From an uncultured delta proteobacterium (lineage in GTDB: Bacteria; Desulfobacterota; Binatia; UBA9968), in the NCBI GenBank assembly GCA_963755715.1, contig CAVWLW010000034.1, positions 1-64,000 on the forward strand: DNA of 64,000 bases, in the 5' to 3' direction. The translations under genes and the position numbers were made by a program. Of the stretch, positions 10,654-18,654 are shown piece by piece. Every line of letters begins with the position of its first letter. The first letter of the stretch is position 1. Under the pieces are notes generated by a model, which ran no database searches, was not told the DNA's origin, and worked only from the letters and a program-made list of their open reading frames with translations.

Positions 10654-10681
10654 ATTATAATGTAACCACAAAATCAATCAA
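10654..10681 (-). promoter_or_regulatory. Putative sigma70 promoter for glmU-glmS-MFS
   Basis: Minus strand TTGATT-N16-TATAAT about 30 nt upstream of glmU. Confidence 0.55.
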
Positions 10682-10951
10682 CGAGAAGAATTTTAACCGA
10701 GGCGGTGGATATTCGCGGATCGTTTGAAGATCTCATCGTTCAGCACATCGAAATAACCGGGCGGCGCCGGCGTGAGGATAGGGACGATTATAATCGGAGC
10801 CTTGGAATAAAGCGGGCCTTAAACAGGTCGCAAAAGCAATCGGCTATCAAGTTAGACGGACGGAATTTCCAGCCGGCGCATGCCACGGATTTTGCACAAA
10901 ACTATTTAAACTTAGAGCCAGGTAAGTTATTCTTCGAACAGCGGAGTTTTT

Positions 10952-11128
10952 ATGCAAGAAAAACATCCCAGCCAGACGGCGCTGGTGCCATTGGAAGAAG
11001 ATACCGAGGAAAACTGGTGGGACTACTGTCCCATTTGCAATTCAAAATTGTTAAATCAGAAATGCAAGTATGTTTGTTCCAACGCGAGCTGTAATTTTTT
11101 TATGAGCTGCAGCGAGTTCGATCTTTGA
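10952..11128 (+). CDS. Small Cys-rich zinc-finger-like protein, 58 aa (absent from ORF track)
   Basis: Manual translation MQEKHPSQTALVPLEEDTEENWWDYCPICNSKLLNQKCKYVCSNASCNFFMSCSEFDL; GGAG RBS; 6 Cys incl. CPxC. Confidence 0.72.
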   Translation: MQEKHPSQTALVPLEEDTEENWWDYCPICNSKLLNQKCKYVCSNASCNFFMSCSEFDL

Positions 11129-11180
11129 TCCTTACGAGCGGCTAGAACCGCTCGGCGCGACTGCACGAAGAGCAAAAAGC

Positions 11181-11909
11181 ATGTCAAAAACCGCCGGCAT
11201 CGTCATCATCGGCAACGAGGTGTTATCGGGCAAGACCCAAGACACCAACTCCTATTTCTTCTGCACGGAGCTCCGCCAGTTGGGCGTCGAAGTGAAAAAG
11301 ATCTCGACGATTCAAGATGAGATCGAGCTGATCGGCCGTGAAGTCGCAGACTTTTCCAAACGCTTTGATTATGTTTTTACCAGCGGCGGTGTCGGGCCAA
11401 CCCACGACGACGTCACCATCGAAGGCATTGCCCATGGTTTTGGCCTGAAGGTCGTGCGCCACCCGGACATCGAACGGCGCATGCGCCAGCGGCTGGGCGA
11501 CCAGGTAAACGACGTTCGTTTACGCATGGCCAACGTGCCTGAAGGCGCGACGCTATTGGCGACCGAAGCGCTCTTTGCCGCGATAGTGAAAATTCACAAC
11601 GTTTACATTTTTCCCGGCATTCCGAAAATCCTCCAAGAGCGCTTTCACACGATCAAAGAAGCCTTTCGTGAGAAACCCTACTTTCTCAAAAATGTTTTTG
11701 TCCGATACGGCGAAGGCGTGATCGCCGCGATGCTCAACGATCTTCTGGTAAAATTTCCCGAGCTTATGCTGGGATCGTATCCGGTCCTCGACCTGCCCGA
11801 TTATAAAGTCAAGGTCACCTTGGAATCGAAGGATTCGCAATACCTCGATCAAGCGCTTCAAACTTTCGTCGCCTCGCTTCCCGCAGATGCGGTTCAGCGC
11901 ATCGACTGA
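11181..11909 (+). CDS. Molybdopterin-binding-domain protein (CinA N-terminal/FAD hydrolase-like)
   Basis: IIGNEVLSGKTQDTN, SGGVGPTHDDVT, FPGIP motifs. Confidence 0.88.
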   Translation: MSKTAGIVIIGNEVLSGKTQDTNSYFFCTELRQLGVEVKKISTIQDEIELIGREVADFSKRFDYVFTSGGVGPTHDDVTIEGIAHGFGLKVVRHPDIERRMRQRLGDQVNDVRLRMANVPEGATLLATEALFAAIVKIHNVYIFPGIPKILQERFHTIKEAFREKPYFLKNVFVRYGEGVIAAMLNDLLVKFPELMLGSYPVLDLPDYKVKVTLESKDSQYLDQALQTFVASLPADAVQRID

Positions 11910-11918
11910 ATAAAAGTA

Positions 11919-13361
11919 ATGGCCGATCAGTCGTCTTGGGGAGTGTTGGCGCCCTATAAAAAGGCGCCCCTACCACCTCTGCCGAACATGCTGAAGGCCT
12001 TGGGGCCGGGCGTGATTTTCATGGCGCTGGCTCAAGGCAGCGGCGAGCTTATCTGGTGGCCGTACATCATCGCCAAGTACGGTCTGAGTTTTTTGTTCCT
12101 TTTGCTGCCGGCTTGCTTGCTGCAGTTTCCCGTTACTTACGAGATCGGCCGCTATACCGTGCTCACCGGCGAAAGCATCTTTCAGGGCTTTATTCGTTTG
12201 CAGCGCCACTTCGCGTTTTTTCTCTGGATCTTGATGACGCTTTCCTTTCTTTGGTTCGGCGCCTTCGCTGCCGCCGGCGGCACTTCGTTGGCGGCGCTGA
12301 CGAATTTTCCGGCAGGTTGGTCGGCGCGCGGCCAAACGCTTTTCTGGGGTTATACTTCGATGTTGGTGTTTCTCGTCGCTATTCTACTGAGCAAAGTCAT
12401 CTATCAGCTCGTGGAAGCATTCATGTGGGGCGTGGCGCTCCTCACGTTGGTGGGGCTGCTGTGGGCAAGTGCCAATGCCGAAGCCCTGCATGCGCTGCCG
12501 GCTTTCGTGAAGGCTCTGTTCGTGCCGGATTTATCCATGCCGAGACCGTGGGATTCTGCAGACGCGACGAAATTATTGACTGCGATCACGTTCGCCGGCC
12601 TCGGCGGCTTCTGGACGCTTTTTTACTCTTACTGGGTGCGCGACAAGGGCGGCGGTATGGCGCACTACATGGGTCGGCTCACCGGACCGATTACCGGCAA
12701 AGCCGAGGCGATCCCTACTTCAGGTTTCACTCCAGGCAACGACGAAGGGCTCGCGCATGTGCGTCGCTGGCGGCATTATTTATTCTGGGATATCAGCATC
12801 GGCATCGGCGGTAATCTGCTCACGACGCTGATGACTTGTTTGCTCGCCTACGCCCTGCTCTTTCCCAAAGGACTTCTGCCCCAAGGATACGAGCTCGCGG
12901 TGGTGCAAAGCCGATTCTTCGAAGTGAGTTGGGGCGTGCTCGGTCGATTTTTATTTCTTATCGTCGCCGCGGCGTTTCTCTCCGATACCTGGCTCGCTAC
13001 TGTGGATGCCGTGAGCCGGATTCATACGGATTGCATGTTTGCTTTTTTTCCCAAATCCCAATCGATCTCCGTGCGCACGTGGTATTTGATTTTTCTGTTT
13101 TTGCTCACCGCCATCACTTCGGCGACCATGGGCGCCGCCGAACCAGGGCCGTTGATTTTGCTCTCCGCGGTAATAGGCTTTGTCGGCACCGTGCTGTTTT
13201 CCGTGGCGCTGATTTTTCTCAACCATGTCTATCTGCCTCGCCATCTGCCGGTTCCGGCGCGGCCCGGACGGCTGAATCTGATTTTTCTCTGTGTCTCCTG
13301 TCTAGCTTATCTGTTGCTCGCTATCGCCTATTTGTTAACTGTCACGGGAATCGTGCAATAG
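11919..13361 (+). CDS. Nramp-like divalent metal transporter family
   Basis: LGPGVIFMALAQGSGELIWWP, EIGRYT..TGE; about 11 TM segments. Confidence 0.8.
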   Translation: MADQSSWGVLAPYKKAPLPPLPNMLKALGPGVIFMALAQGSGELIWWPYIIAKYGLSFLFLLLPACLLQFPVTYEIGRYTVLTGESIFQGFIRLQRHFAFFLWILMTLSFLWFGAFAAAGGTSLAALTNFPAGWSARGQTLFWGYTSMLVFLVAILLSKVIYQLVEAFMWGVALLTLVGLLWASANAEALHALPAFVKALFVPDLSMPRPWDSADATKLLTAITFAGLGGFWTLFYSYWVRDKGGGMAHYMGRLTGPITGKAEAIPTSGFTPGNDEGLAHVRRWRHYLFWDISIGIGGNLLTTLMTCLLAYALLFPKGLLPQGYELAVVQSRFFEVSWGVLGRFLFLIVAAAFLSDTWLATVDAVSRIHTDCMFAFFPKSQSISVRTWYLIFLFLLTAITSATMGAAEPGPLILLSAVIGFVGTVLFSVALIFLNHVYLPRHLPVPARPGRLNLIFLCVSCLAYLLLAIAYLLTVTGIVQ

Positions 13362-13483
13362 GAAGTTACCGCCCGCTAAATACCGGCGCGCACTGAACCT
13401 TAGCGATAACATCGCTGCTAGTTTCGCGTGTGGGGGCGTTTAGAGGAGCTTGAAGATTTGCTCCGAGGGTTCAATCCGACTGA

Positions 13484-13918
13484 TTACTTCAGAGCGCTGA
13501 GCGGTTGGCCGCTCTGCGTGCCGATCCAAACTTCGCCGCCCTCGAAGACTTCTTTTTTCCAAATCGGCACGGTTTTTTTAATTTCTTCGATGGCGAAGCG
13601 GCTCGCGGCAAACGCGGCGTCGCGGTGCGCCGCTGAAACAACGATGATCACGCTCGCCTCGCCGATCTGCACCGGACCGATGCGATGCACGATGGCCATT
13701 TTGCAGAGCGGCCATTTTTTCTTGGCGTCGTCGCCGATGCGCGCCAGCTCTTTTTCGGCCATTTCGGGATAAGCTTCATAATCGAGAGCAATCACCTTGC
13801 GCCCTTCGTTGTTATTGCGCGTCGTGCCGATGAAGGGAACGACCGCGCCGGCCTCTGGATCGGCGACATAATGAACCAACTCGTTTAAATCGATCGGCTG
13901 ATGCGTGACGCGAAACAT
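13484..13918 (-). CDS. moaE: Molybdopterin synthase catalytic subunit
   Basis: LDYEAY, HRIG, SAAHR, VPIWKKE. Confidence 0.95.
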   Translation of the reverse strand: MFRVTHQPIDLNELVHYVADPEAGAVVPFIGTTRNNNEGRKVIALDYEAYPEMAEKELARIGDDAKKKWPLCKMAIVHRIGPVQIGEASVIIVVSAAHRDAAFAASRFAIEEIKKTVPIWKKEVFEGGEVWIGTQSGQPLSALK

Positions 13919-13924
13919 TGCCGC

Positions 13925-14170
13925 CTACCCTCCACTCACCGGCGGAATAAACACGACCTCGTCTTGCTCGCGCAATACATAATCCAGACCGACATAATTC
14001 TGATTGACGGCGTATAAAAGACGAATGCCGGGCACATCCAGCTTGGGATAATCTTTTTGCAATTGCCGCCAGAGATCGGCGATGGTGCAGCCGTCGGAGA
14101 TTTCTTTCAACACCTCCGCCGCGCCGGCGCGCTCGCGCAAAATGGCGAAGAATTTCACCTTGACTTTCAT
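13925..14170 (-). CDS. moaD: Molybdopterin synthase sulfur carrier
   Basis: 81 aa ubiquitin-like, C-terminal PPVSGG. Confidence 0.95.
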   Translation of the reverse strand: MKVKVKFFAILRERAGAAEVLKEISDGCTIADLWRQLQKDYPKLDVPGIRLLYAVNQNYVGLDYVLREQDEVVFIPPVSGG

Positions 14171-14673
14171 TTGCCCTGGAGCTGCGAAACCATGTGGCGG
14201 ATCTCCGGCAAAATGAGCTTCTCCATCGCCAGCTTCACTGCGCCGCTCGAGCCCGGCACGGAAATGAGCACTTTACCACGCGCCGTTCCCGCCGCCGCCC
14301 GGCTCATGATCGCCGCCGAGCCGATGTCGAGGTAACTCAAGTAACGAAAGATCTCGCCGAAGCCATCGAGTTTCTTTTCCAAAAAACGGCTGACCACTTC
14401 ATAGGTCCCGTCCCGCGGCGCTATTCCGGTACCGCCGTTGACGATCACAGCATCGACATCGCTCCGGCCCAAAGTCTCGTTGAGTAGCTTTTCGATTTCT
14501 GCGGGTTCATCTTTAACGATGCGATAGCCTGTCGCTTCGTGCGCTTCGTCCGCGAGGAATTTCTTGATCGTTTGGCCGCTGGTATCCGTGCTTTCGTCGC
14601 GGGTATCGCTGACGGTAATGACGAAGCAGCGAATGCTTTTCTTGCCCTTCTCTTTATGCTCGTGAACCGACAT
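14167..14673 (-). CDS. moaB: Molybdenum cofactor biosynthesis protein MoaB/MogA
   Basis: TVSDTR, GGTGIAPRD, GFGEIFR, SRA, PGS. Confidence 0.92.
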   Translation of the reverse strand: MSVHEHKEKGKKSIRCFVITVSDTRDESTDTSGQTIKKFLADEAHEATGYRIVKDEPAEIEKLLNETLGRSDVDAVIVNGGTGIAPRDGTYEVVSRFLEKKLDGFGEIFRYLSYLDIGSAAIMSRAAAGTARGKVLISVPGSSGAVKLAMEKLILPEIRHMVSQLQGK

Positions 14674-14787
14674 CGCACCTCTCCCGAAAAATCTCAGCTC
14701 GAATCATACCAACACCGAGCATGAATTCAAAGGTCGGTCAAACCGCTCGAATCGACCGACGAGCCGTTTCGCCGCCGTGCCGGTGAG

Positions 14788-14816
14788 TTGCCCGCGCAGT
14801 TTTGGCCGACTATGAT
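14788..14816 (+). promoter_or_regulatory. Putative sigma70 promoter of hemW (likely leaderless transcript)
   Basis: TTGCCC-N17-TATGAT ending 8 nt before ATG 14825; no SD. Confidence 0.5.
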
Positions 14817-14824
14817 ACCTAGCA

Positions 14825-15982
14825 ATGCTATCGCCCTTCTCGCTATACATCCATATTCCCTACTGCGTCAGCAAATGTCCCTACTGCGACTTCAACTCGC
14901 ACGTCGTGGCGCAGATCCCAGAGCAGAGCTATACTGATGCTTTGCTGCGCGAGCTCGAATTCTTCGGCAGTCGAGACGAATGGCGCGGCCGAACCGTGCA
15001 GAGCATTTTTTTCGGCGGCGGCACGCCATCCACCTTCGAACCACAGAGCATCCGTAAGCTTCTCACGTCGGTCGCCGCAACGTTTCCCCGTCAGGCCGAT
15101 TGCGAAATCACTTTGGAAGCGAATCCGGGCACCGTTGATAGCGAGAAATTTTTTGGCTACCGTGACGCCGGCGTCAATCGCATCAGCGTCGGCGTGCAGT
15201 CGTTTCAGCCCAGGTTGCTCAAGTTTCTCGGCCGCATTCATTCCGCCGACGAAGCGAAGAGAGCGCTCATTACGGTGAAGCAGGCCAATTTCGACAGCTT
15301 TAGCTTCGATTTGATCTACGCCAATCCCGGGCAAACTCTTGCAGAACTGGAAGCAGATCTTGACGCGGCGCTGGAGTTTCAGCCGCCGCATCTATCCGCC
15401 TACAATCTGACCTTCGAAGAGGGCACGCCGTTTCACCACGAGTATCGCTCAGGAAAAATGGGCAATTTAAGCGAAGATGAAGAGATCGCCATGGCGGAGT
15501 CCATCGAAGTGAAGCTCAGCGACGCGGGACTGAAGCGCTACGAGATTTCCAACTACGCCCGGCCCGGGTGGCATTCGCGCCATAATGTGAATTACTGGCG
15601 CGGCGGCGACTATCTTGGCCTCGGCGCCGGCGCGCATAGTTACCGAAGAAATTCCGACGGCGTCTCTGGTCAACGCTGGAGTAATGAAAAGAATCCCGCC
15701 AAGTACATGACGCAAGTGAGCGAAACTCATCTGGCGATCGTCGATCGTGAAGCGATCGAGCGTGAAAAAGCCGCTGCGGAGTTCATGTTCCTCGGCCTAA
15801 GAATGACGGAGGGAATATCAATTGAAAACTTCCACCGAAGGTTTGGCCAACCTCCGATGGAATTCTACCCACAGATCAAGTTATGGATAAACGAAGAATT
15901 ATTGGAGGAGCAAGCGGGATTCCTGCGTTTCACGCCCAAAGGGCTTCTGCTTGCCAATTCGATCTTTGTGCATTTCATGTAG
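14825..15982 (+). CDS. hemW: Radical SAM heme chaperone HemW (HemN-like)
   Basis: YIHIPYCVSKCPYCDF, GGGTPS, YEISN, HNVNYW. Confidence 0.92.
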   Translation: MLSPFSLYIHIPYCVSKCPYCDFNSHVVAQIPEQSYTDALLRELEFFGSRDEWRGRTVQSIFFGGGTPSTFEPQSIRKLLTSVAATFPRQADCEITLEANPGTVDSEKFFGYRDAGVNRISVGVQSFQPRLLKFLGRIHSADEAKRALITVKQANFDSFSFDLIYANPGQTLAELEADLDAALEFQPPHLSAYNLTFEEGTPFHHEYRSGKMGNLSEDEEIAMAESIEVKLSDAGLKRYEISNYARPGWHSRHNVNYWRGGDYLGLGAGAHSYRRNSDGVSGQRWSNEKNPAKYMTQVSETHLAIVDREAIEREKAAAEFMFLGLRMTEGISIENFHRRFGQPPMEFYPQIKLWINEELLEEQAGFLRFTPKGLLLANSIFVHFM

Positions 15983-16052
15983 GTTTAATGGTAAATCAAA
16001 TCGACGGACCTCGGCGTACTCGCAGTTTAGCCGAGAAATCCTGGAGGACCCT

Positions 16053-17228
16053 ATGGCAGACAATAGCCTCGACAAAATTCGCATCGATCATATCGGCAGC
16101 CTGGTTCGTCCGGCAAAATTAAAAGAGGTTTTCGCGCGTTACGACCGCGGGCAAGCGACGCACGAAGAATTGGCAAAAGCGCAAGACGCCGCAATCCGCG
16201 AGGTAATCCAAAAACAAGAAGCCCACGGCTTTCCCGTCGTCACCGATGGCGAGTTTCGCCGCCACAATTTCCAGGAAAGTTTCTCTCAGTGTGTCACCGG
16301 TTTCGACGTGCCAAAGAATATTTCGCTCTACTACGAAAAACGCGATCTCAACGAAACTCCACTCGAACGTGCCGAGCAGAATTTCGACGAAGCCGGCCCG
16401 GCGATCGTCACTCGCCGCGGCACGATCGAACGGCTAAAGCTCATACGCAATTTGCCGTTGACGGAATACCGCTACGCCCAAGGTGTCGCCAAAGTTCCGG
16501 CAAAAGTCACCGTGCTTGGTCCTGATCGAATCGCCCAACGTTTCAAATGGGAAGCGTCGCTGAACGTTTACAAAGGCCTAGATGATTTTGTCGAGCATGT
16601 GGTTCAAATCGAACGCCAGATCATTGGCGAATTAGTAAACGCCGGATGCAAGTACATTCAAATCGACGCGCCGGGTTATACAGCGTATGTCGACAAGATT
16701 TCCTTGGACAGAATGCGCTCCCGTGGTGAGGACCCGGAAAGAAACTTTCAACGTTCCATCGACGCCGACAATGCGCTCATCGAAGGATTCGCCGGCGTCA
16801 CGTTCGGCATCCACATCTGCCGCGGCAACGCCCGCACCATCGACCCGAAAACCGGCAAGCTCGTACCACAGTGGCACCGCGAAGGCTCGTATGATGCCAT
16901 CGCCGAAAAACTTTTTAACACTCTCAACCACCAGCGCATCCTGCTCGAATACGACAGCGACCGCGCCGGCGGCTTCGAGCCCTTACGTCTCGTGCCGAAA
17001 GACAAAATTGTTGTCTTAGGTCTGGTCTCAACAAAGAACTCCGATATGGAAACGGTCGACGATTTGAAACGCCGCATCGATCAGGCGAGCAAGTTTCTAC
17101 CCGCCGATCAACTCAGCCTCAGCCCTCAATGCGGCTTTGGCGGCTTAGATTCTAAGGTTCTCAGCGAAGACGAGATGTGGAAAAAGCTGGATACGATCGT
17201 GGAAACGGCAAAAAAGATTTGGGGTTGA
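16053..17228 (+). CDS. Cobalamin-independent methionine synthase II family (MetE C-terminal-like)
   Basis: GGAGG RBS; DHIGSL, TDGEFRR, HICRGN, LEYD, SPQCGF Zn ligands. Confidence 0.88.
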   Translation: MADNSLDKIRIDHIGSLVRPAKLKEVFARYDRGQATHEELAKAQDAAIREVIQKQEAHGFPVVTDGEFRRHNFQESFSQCVTGFDVPKNISLYYEKRDLNETPLERAEQNFDEAGPAIVTRRGTIERLKLIRNLPLTEYRYAQGVAKVPAKVTVLGPDRIAQRFKWEASLNVYKGLDDFVEHVVQIERQIIGELVNAGCKYIQIDAPGYTAYVDKISLDRMRSRGEDPERNFQRSIDADNALIEGFAGVTFGIHICRGNARTIDPKTGKLVPQWHREGSYDAIAEKLFNTLNHQRILLEYDSDRAGGFEPLRLVPKDKIVVLGLVSTKNSDMETVDDLKRRIDQASKFLPADQLSLSPQCGFGGLDSKVLSEDEMWKKLDTIVETAKKIWG

Positions 17229-17252
17229 TTGCGCTGAACATATTAGCACGCA

Positions 17253-17534
17253 TCAGCTATCCCGCCGCATCTCACTCAGCCACTCTTCATGCACATCCAC
17301 CCAGATCGAATCTTGATCGTGGCAGGTCGAGACTTCGCTCAGATCGAACTTGACCGTGTAGAGCGGCTTATGGATGCCGCGGTGGTCTCGGATGTTTTCC
17401 AGAATACCATGGACTGAGCCGATGACGCCGCGTTTGCCTCTGATATATTTCGGTGTGCGTGGATTGCCGGTGGGATTTTCGACCGCGACGATGACGGCGT
17501 CGCCGATTTTGAATTTGCTGCCGGCGGATTCCAT
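17253..17534 (-). CDS. Stand-alone SH3-like domain of nitrile hydratase beta subunit (thiocyanate hydrolase alpha-like)
   Basis: FKIGDAV, GNPRTPKYIRGKRGVI, PLYTVKF, VDVHEEWL match NHase beta C-terminal domain. Confidence 0.82.
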   Translation of the reverse strand: MESAGSKFKIGDAVIVAVENPTGNPRTPKYIRGKRGVIGSVHGILENIRDHRGIHKPLYTVKFDLSEVSTCHDQDSIWVDVHEEWLSEMRRDS

Positions 17535-17542
17535 CATTCCTC

Positions 17543-18622
17543 TCAATCCGGCCGGACTCTGGGCGCTTCCGCCGTGAATCCGTCTCTCTCGATTTCTCGC
17601 AACTGATTGGGTTCCAGCGCGTAACCTGCGCCGATCAAGCTATCGACGGTGACCAGCTTTGCTAACTCTTCTTCCGCCATCCCTTCCGTGCCGGCAGGGC
17701 GTTGCGGCAGAACAAAATAACGGACGTCGGACGTGCTGTCGTAAACCTGGACTTCCTTACCGGCGGGAATGTTTAACTCAAACATTTCCTTGATGCAGGC
17801 GCGCGGATTCTGCACGATTGTGGTCCGGTAGCTCTCATGCTTGTACCACCATGGCGTGTCACCCAGAATGTCGTAGGGATAGCAGGAGCACAAGGTGCAA
17901 ACGATCACGTTGTGAACTTTGTCGGTGTTCTCAACGACAACCAATTTGCCGACTTTGCCCTGATGCACGCCCATTTCTCTGAGCGCTTCTCTGCCGGTAG
18001 ATAATAGTGCTCGTTTGAATTCCGGATCGGTCCACGCCTTAGCGACAATCACACCGCCTGCCCACGGACGCTTTTCATGAAGCTGTTTCCATCGCTGCTC
18101 CAACTCCGCGCGGGTCGACCAACCCCGCTTGATCAGCGCTTGGACAAAAACCTCGAGCAACTCCTGGTAATCTTTTAAATCCTGCTCCAGATTCACCATG
18201 CGTTCTTCGAGCGTGCCATGATGTTCTTTCTTTTTGATTTTGAAAAAGTCGTCATAGTCGCCGCGCTCTTTGCGATTGTCCTCGGTGACCATGTCCATCG
18301 CCTCGACGGCGCGCGCTGAAACCAGCGCGATGCCTTTCACGTATTCGTCGAGCCACTCTTCCAGATAACGCACGCGGGCTTCGATGTTTTTTCCCTCGGG
18401 CTTTCTTGGCTTGAAGAATTGATTTTTGCGTTTGAGCTCGGCACGGGCCTTAAGCAAATCGGGAAACGTCACGACGTTACGCCGCAGTAAATAAAAAATG
18501 CGCGGCTCGAAACGTTTGGCGCGGTAATACTCCAGATCTTCTTCGACGGCTTTAATGTGCGCTTCGAAATCATGCATGTGCCCTTCGAAAGGCTTGTGCG
18601 AATGTCCATGGTTACCCGACAT
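17543..18622 (-). CDS. Nitrile hydratase alpha/thiocyanate hydrolase gamma-like subunit (Co-type motif) with about 140-aa N-terminal extension
   Basis: GGAGG RBS before ATG 18622; VAKAWTDPEFK, VIVCTLCSCYP, PWWYK..YR, DSTSDVRYFVLPQRPAGTEG. Confidence 0.88.
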   Translation of the reverse strand: MSGNHGHSHKPFEGHMHDFEAHIKAVEEDLEYYRAKRFEPRIFYLLRRNVVTFPDLLKARAELKRKNQFFKPRKPEGKNIEARVRYLEEWLDEYVKGIALVSARAVEAMDMVTEDNRKERGDYDDFFKIKKKEHHGTLEERMVNLEQDLKDYQELLEVFVQALIKRGWSTRAELEQRWKQLHEKRPWAGGVIVAKAWTDPEFKRALLSTGREALREMGVHQGKVGKLVVVENTDKVHNVIVCTLCSCYPYDILGDTPWWYKHESYRTTIVQNPRACIKEMFELNIPAGKEVQVYDSTSDVRYFVLPQRPAGTEGMAEEELAKLVTVDSLIGAGYALEPNQLREIERDGFTAEAPRVRPD

Positions 18623-18654
18623 GAGATCCTCCGATAGTTCGTCCAATGCGCGGA

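Noticed and set aside
10880-10897. Sigma54-like motif TGCCACGGATTTTGCA
   Set aside because: Lacks the invariant GG at -24
10705-11094. 129-aa ORF upstream of the CinA-like gene
   Set aside because: No motifs; overlaps a more convincing 58-aa Cys-rich ORF in another frame
11919-13361. Nramp-like transporter as the cobalt importer for the NHase-like enzyme
   Set aside because: Opposite strand, separated by unrelated genes; only proximity supports it
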